From the NCBI GenBank assembly GCA_030649445.1, contig JAUSKR010000006.1, positions 1-27,846 of the forward strand: 27,846 bases of DNA, in the 5' to 3' direction. Below the pieces are notes generated by a model that was not told where the DNA came from, made no database searches, and saw only the letters and a list, made by a program, of their open reading frames with translations. Source of the stretch: a bacterium. Its GTDB lineage: Bacteria; Patescibacteriota; UBA1384; XYA2-FULL-43-10; 1-14-0-10-43-13. Positions 25,456-27,846 of the stretch are shown here, one piece after another. Each line of letters opens with the position of its first letter. Positions within the stretch are counted from its first letter, which is position 1. Made by a program: the position numbers and the translations under genes.

Positions 25456-25540
25456 TTTCGCATGTACTTCACAGACCGAAGCCGTGAAGGTTACATACTA
25501 TATAACAGCTCATGGACGCAATATCAAGCAAAAACTTTTA

Positions 25541-25573
25541 CCTCACCCAACCTCTCCTTTCAAAGGAGAGGGG
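25541..25573. repeat. REP-like C-rich tail + hairpin
   Basis: CCTCACCCAA-CCTCTCCTT-tca-AAGGAGAGG. Confidence 0.65.
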
Positions 25574-25683
25574 GCAATCTCATATCACAAAACTTTTCTC
25601 TGGTCAAGACCCCCATCACTTGACGCACCAACGACGGCAATGCTAAGCTAGACGCTGACAGACATTAAATCTGGAAAAATTAC

Positions 25684-25959
25684 GTGAAAAAAAGTCTGCT
25701 TTTTTCGTTTAGTTTGATCGGCACCATCGGTTTCGCCACCGCTCTTCCGCTCGTCGCCCTTACCCTGCTTGGCCGCTATTTGGATCGTCAATTTAATACC
25801 GGGCACGATCTTTTTTACGCCGGCTTGGTCATCGCTACAGTCATTGTTTATTTCACTATCAAACAAATTGTCGGGGACGCCGTAGATAAATTCGACAAAC
25901 TTCAAAATACGAAAAGCGAAATCCGCCAGTCGGCGGAAGCTAAAAAAACTAAAAGATAA
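25684..25959 (+). CDS. AtpZ/AtpI-family small membrane protein
   Basis: IGFATALPL...LLGRYLDRQFNT; two TMs; first gene of the atp operon. Confidence 0.8.
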   Translation: MKKSLLFSFSLIGTIGFATALPLVALTLLGRYLDRQFNTGHDLFYAGLVIATVIVYFTIKQIVGDAVDKFDKLQNTKSEIRQSAEAKKTKR

Positions 25960-26016
25960 TTATTTTTTATTTCGCTTATTTCGTTTAATTTAGTCTTTCG
26001 TATTATTTAGGAAACT

Positions 26017-26760
26017 ATGGAAATTTCGCTTGCCGCTGAAAAAATTGCCCACTTGGGGCCTATTCCGATCACTAATTCGATGACGACCAGCTGGATCGCC
26101 ACGGCAATTTTAGTTGTCCTGGGCTATCTGGCGACTCGCAACTTAAAAAGTGTTCCTAAAGGCATTCAGAACGTTTTCGAATTGATTGTCGAAGGGCTTT
26201 TCGGCATGATCGACAGTATCTTCACCGACAAAGAACAAACCAAAAAATATTTTCCCTATCTGGCGACAGTTTTCCTTTTTATCGTCACCAATAATTGGCT
26301 CGGTATCTTCCCCGGTGTCGGATCAATCACGCTCCACGAAGCCGGCAAATTCGTCCCCCTTTTCCGCAGTGGCAACGCCGACCTGAATACAACACTGGCT
26401 CTGGCTATTTTGACTATTGTTCTGGTCCAAGTTTATGGTATTATGGCGATTGGCTTCGGCCAGTATTCCGGCAAATTTTTCAACTTCAAAAACCCAATTC
26501 TATTGTTTGTCGGTATGCTCGAGCTGATGTCGGAATTCTCCCGCATTATCTCCTTTTCCTTCCGGCTCTTCGGCAACATCTTCGCCGGCGAAGTCCTGCT
26601 TGCCGTCATCACCATGCTTCTTCCCTACGTCGGGCCAGTGCCGTTTTATATGCTCGAGATCTTCGTCGGCTTCATCCAGGCACTCGTTTTCACCATGTTG
26701 GCATCAGTCTTTATTAAGCTAGCAATTACCAGCCATAGTGAGCACGCCACCGCACATTAA
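26017..26760 (+). CDS. atpB: F0F1 ATP synthase subunit a
   Basis: SFSFRLFGNIFAGE, LEIFVGFIQALVF. Confidence 0.97.
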   Translation: MEISLAAEKIAHLGPIPITNSMTTSWIATAILVVLGYLATRNLKSVPKGIQNVFELIVEGLFGMIDSIFTDKEQTKKYFPYLATVFLFIVTNNWLGIFPGVGSITLHEAGKFVPLFRSGNADLNTTLALAILTIVLVQVYGIMAIGFGQYSGKFFNFKNPILLFVGMLELMSEFSRIISFSFRLFGNIFAGEVLLAVITMLLPYVGPVPFYMLEIFVGFIQALVFTMLASVFIKLAITSHSEHATAH

Positions 26761-26868
26761 AATTATCAGTTACCAGTTTCCAGTTATCATTTAATTTTCA
26801 GTTTTCAATTGAAAATTTAATAATTGATAATTAATTGGAAATTGATCATTGATAATTGAAAATTTATT
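26761..26868. repeat. AT-rich low-complexity quasi-palindromic spacer
   Basis: CAGTT/TCAATT units followed by AATTGA units. Confidence 0.5.
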
Positions 26869-26882
26869 AAGAAGGAGTTCGC

Positions 26883-27110
26883 ATGGAAAAAGAAGTAATG
26901 TCCGTCATCGGTGCCGCTGTCGCTATCGCTATCGGTACCATCGCCCCAGCCCTAGCTATCGGCCGTATCGGCGCCGCTGGTCTTGAGGCCATTGGCCGCA
27001 ATCCGGAAGCCGCCAGCAAGGTACAAGGCCCGATGATTTTGGCCATCGCCTTTGCGGAAGCGATCGCGATTTATGTCCTCGTCGTCGCCCTGATCGTCAA
27101 ACTGGTGTAG
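26883..27110 (+). CDS. atpE: F0F1 ATP synthase subunit c
   Basis: AIGRNPEA loop, FAEAIAIY with the carboxylate Glu; AAGGAG SD. Confidence 0.97.
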   Translation: MEKEVMSVIGAAVAIAIGTIAPALAIGRIGAAGLEAIGRNPEAASKVQGPMILAIAFAEAIAIYVLVVALIVKLV

Positions 27111-27262
27111 TCAGCAAGTCAGCAAGTAAGCTTATAAGCTGGTAAGCCAGTAAGCCATGATTGCTTACGCTTACCGCCTAGAAGCTTGATTGTGATTTGG
27201 TTAATTTGGGTTTTGGGATTTGATTAGAAATTAGAAATTAGGATTTAGAAATTTATTTCCGA
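27111..27262. repeat. Low-complexity TAAGC/GCTTA then ATTAGAA repeat spacer
   Basis: Shares TAAGCTTATAAG with 16798..16809. Confidence 0.55.
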
Positions 27263-27273
27263 AGGAAATTGAC

Positions 27274-27756
27274 ATGGAAGTCTTAGGCATCGATTTAAAA
27301 CTTATCATCGCTCAGATTGTCAACTTCGGCATTCTCTTTTTCCTGCTATCGAAATTCTTATACAAGCCGATCAGTGGACTTCTCGACGAGAGGCAGAAAA
27401 AAATTGACACGGGCTTGAAGGATGCTGATAAAGCCGGCAAAGACCGGAGCAATGCTGAAATTGAAGCGGAGAAAATCGCCGAAAAAGCTTACAAAGATGC
27501 CAATGAAATTCTGAAAAATGCCAAGCATGAAGCGACTCTGGAAGCCGCCGGCATCGTCACAAAAGCCAGTGAGCAGGCCGACCGGATAATGGCCAACGCC
27601 AAGTCTGAGGCCGCATCTGCCAAAGACAAGGCGCTCAAAGACGCCAAAAGTGAAATTTCCGATGTCGTCGTCATCGCATTATCGAAAATTGTTGGTGATG
27701 AGTTGACCGAAGATCAAAAAGCTAAATTGACCAGTAAAGCAATCGCAGACCTGTAA
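27274..27756 (+). CDS. atpF: F0F1 ATP synthase subunit b
   Basis: IIAQIVNFGILFFLLSKFLYKPI followed by a coiled coil. Confidence 0.95.
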   Translation: MEVLGIDLKLIIAQIVNFGILFFLLSKFLYKPISGLLDERQKKIDTGLKDADKAGKDRSNAEIEAEKIAEKAYKDANEILKNAKHEATLEAAGIVTKASEQADRIMANAKSEAASAKDKALKDAKSEISDVVVIALSKIVGDELTEDQKAKLTSKAIADL

Positions 27757-27846
27757 ATTAGAAACCGAATCTCGAATTAATCTAATAAATCGAATAGAAA
27801 GAAAATCCCTGAAATTAGATTGATTCGACCAATTAGACATTAGGTT

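Noticed and set aside
25456-25540. ZTP or purine riboswitch upstream of purM
   Set aside because: Only a short CTTCAC...GTGAAG hairpin (25467..25489); too little room and no conserved aptamer motifs.
26883-27110. Na+-coupled ATP synthase
   Set aside because: The c subunit has E-A rather than E-S/T and lacks the helix-1 Gln, consistent with an ordinary H+ type.

Overview
Bacterial chromosome segment, most likely Patescibacteria/CPR (inferred from gene content and intergenic repeats). The left 16 kb holds two minus-strand, translationally coupled gene blocks built on a split dikinase-like system. It has one stand-alone PEP-synthase/PPDK ATP-grasp protein, one stand-alone phospho-His swivel domain and six paralogs of a ~350-400 aa variable domain fused to a C-terminal His-swivel; no PEP/pyruvate TIM barrel is present. 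Interleaved are two histidine phosphatases (one missed by the ORF track), a divergent aspartate-carbamoyltransferase-like enzyme, an M20 amidohydrolase and a hypothetical protein. Between the blocks lie an NYN RNase gene, three tandem promoter + ~57-60 nt hairpin units (candidate sRNA array, antisense) and a truncated duplicate of the ATP-grasp gene start. The right part has tRNA-Leu with an integration scar, an OppA-like binding protein, secG, an MBL hydrolase, tRNA-Phe/Cys/Gly, comM, two beta-carbonic-anhydrase-like genes, a GC-rich divergent purM and the start of the ATP synthase operon. All calls are by eye from motifs; no searches were run.
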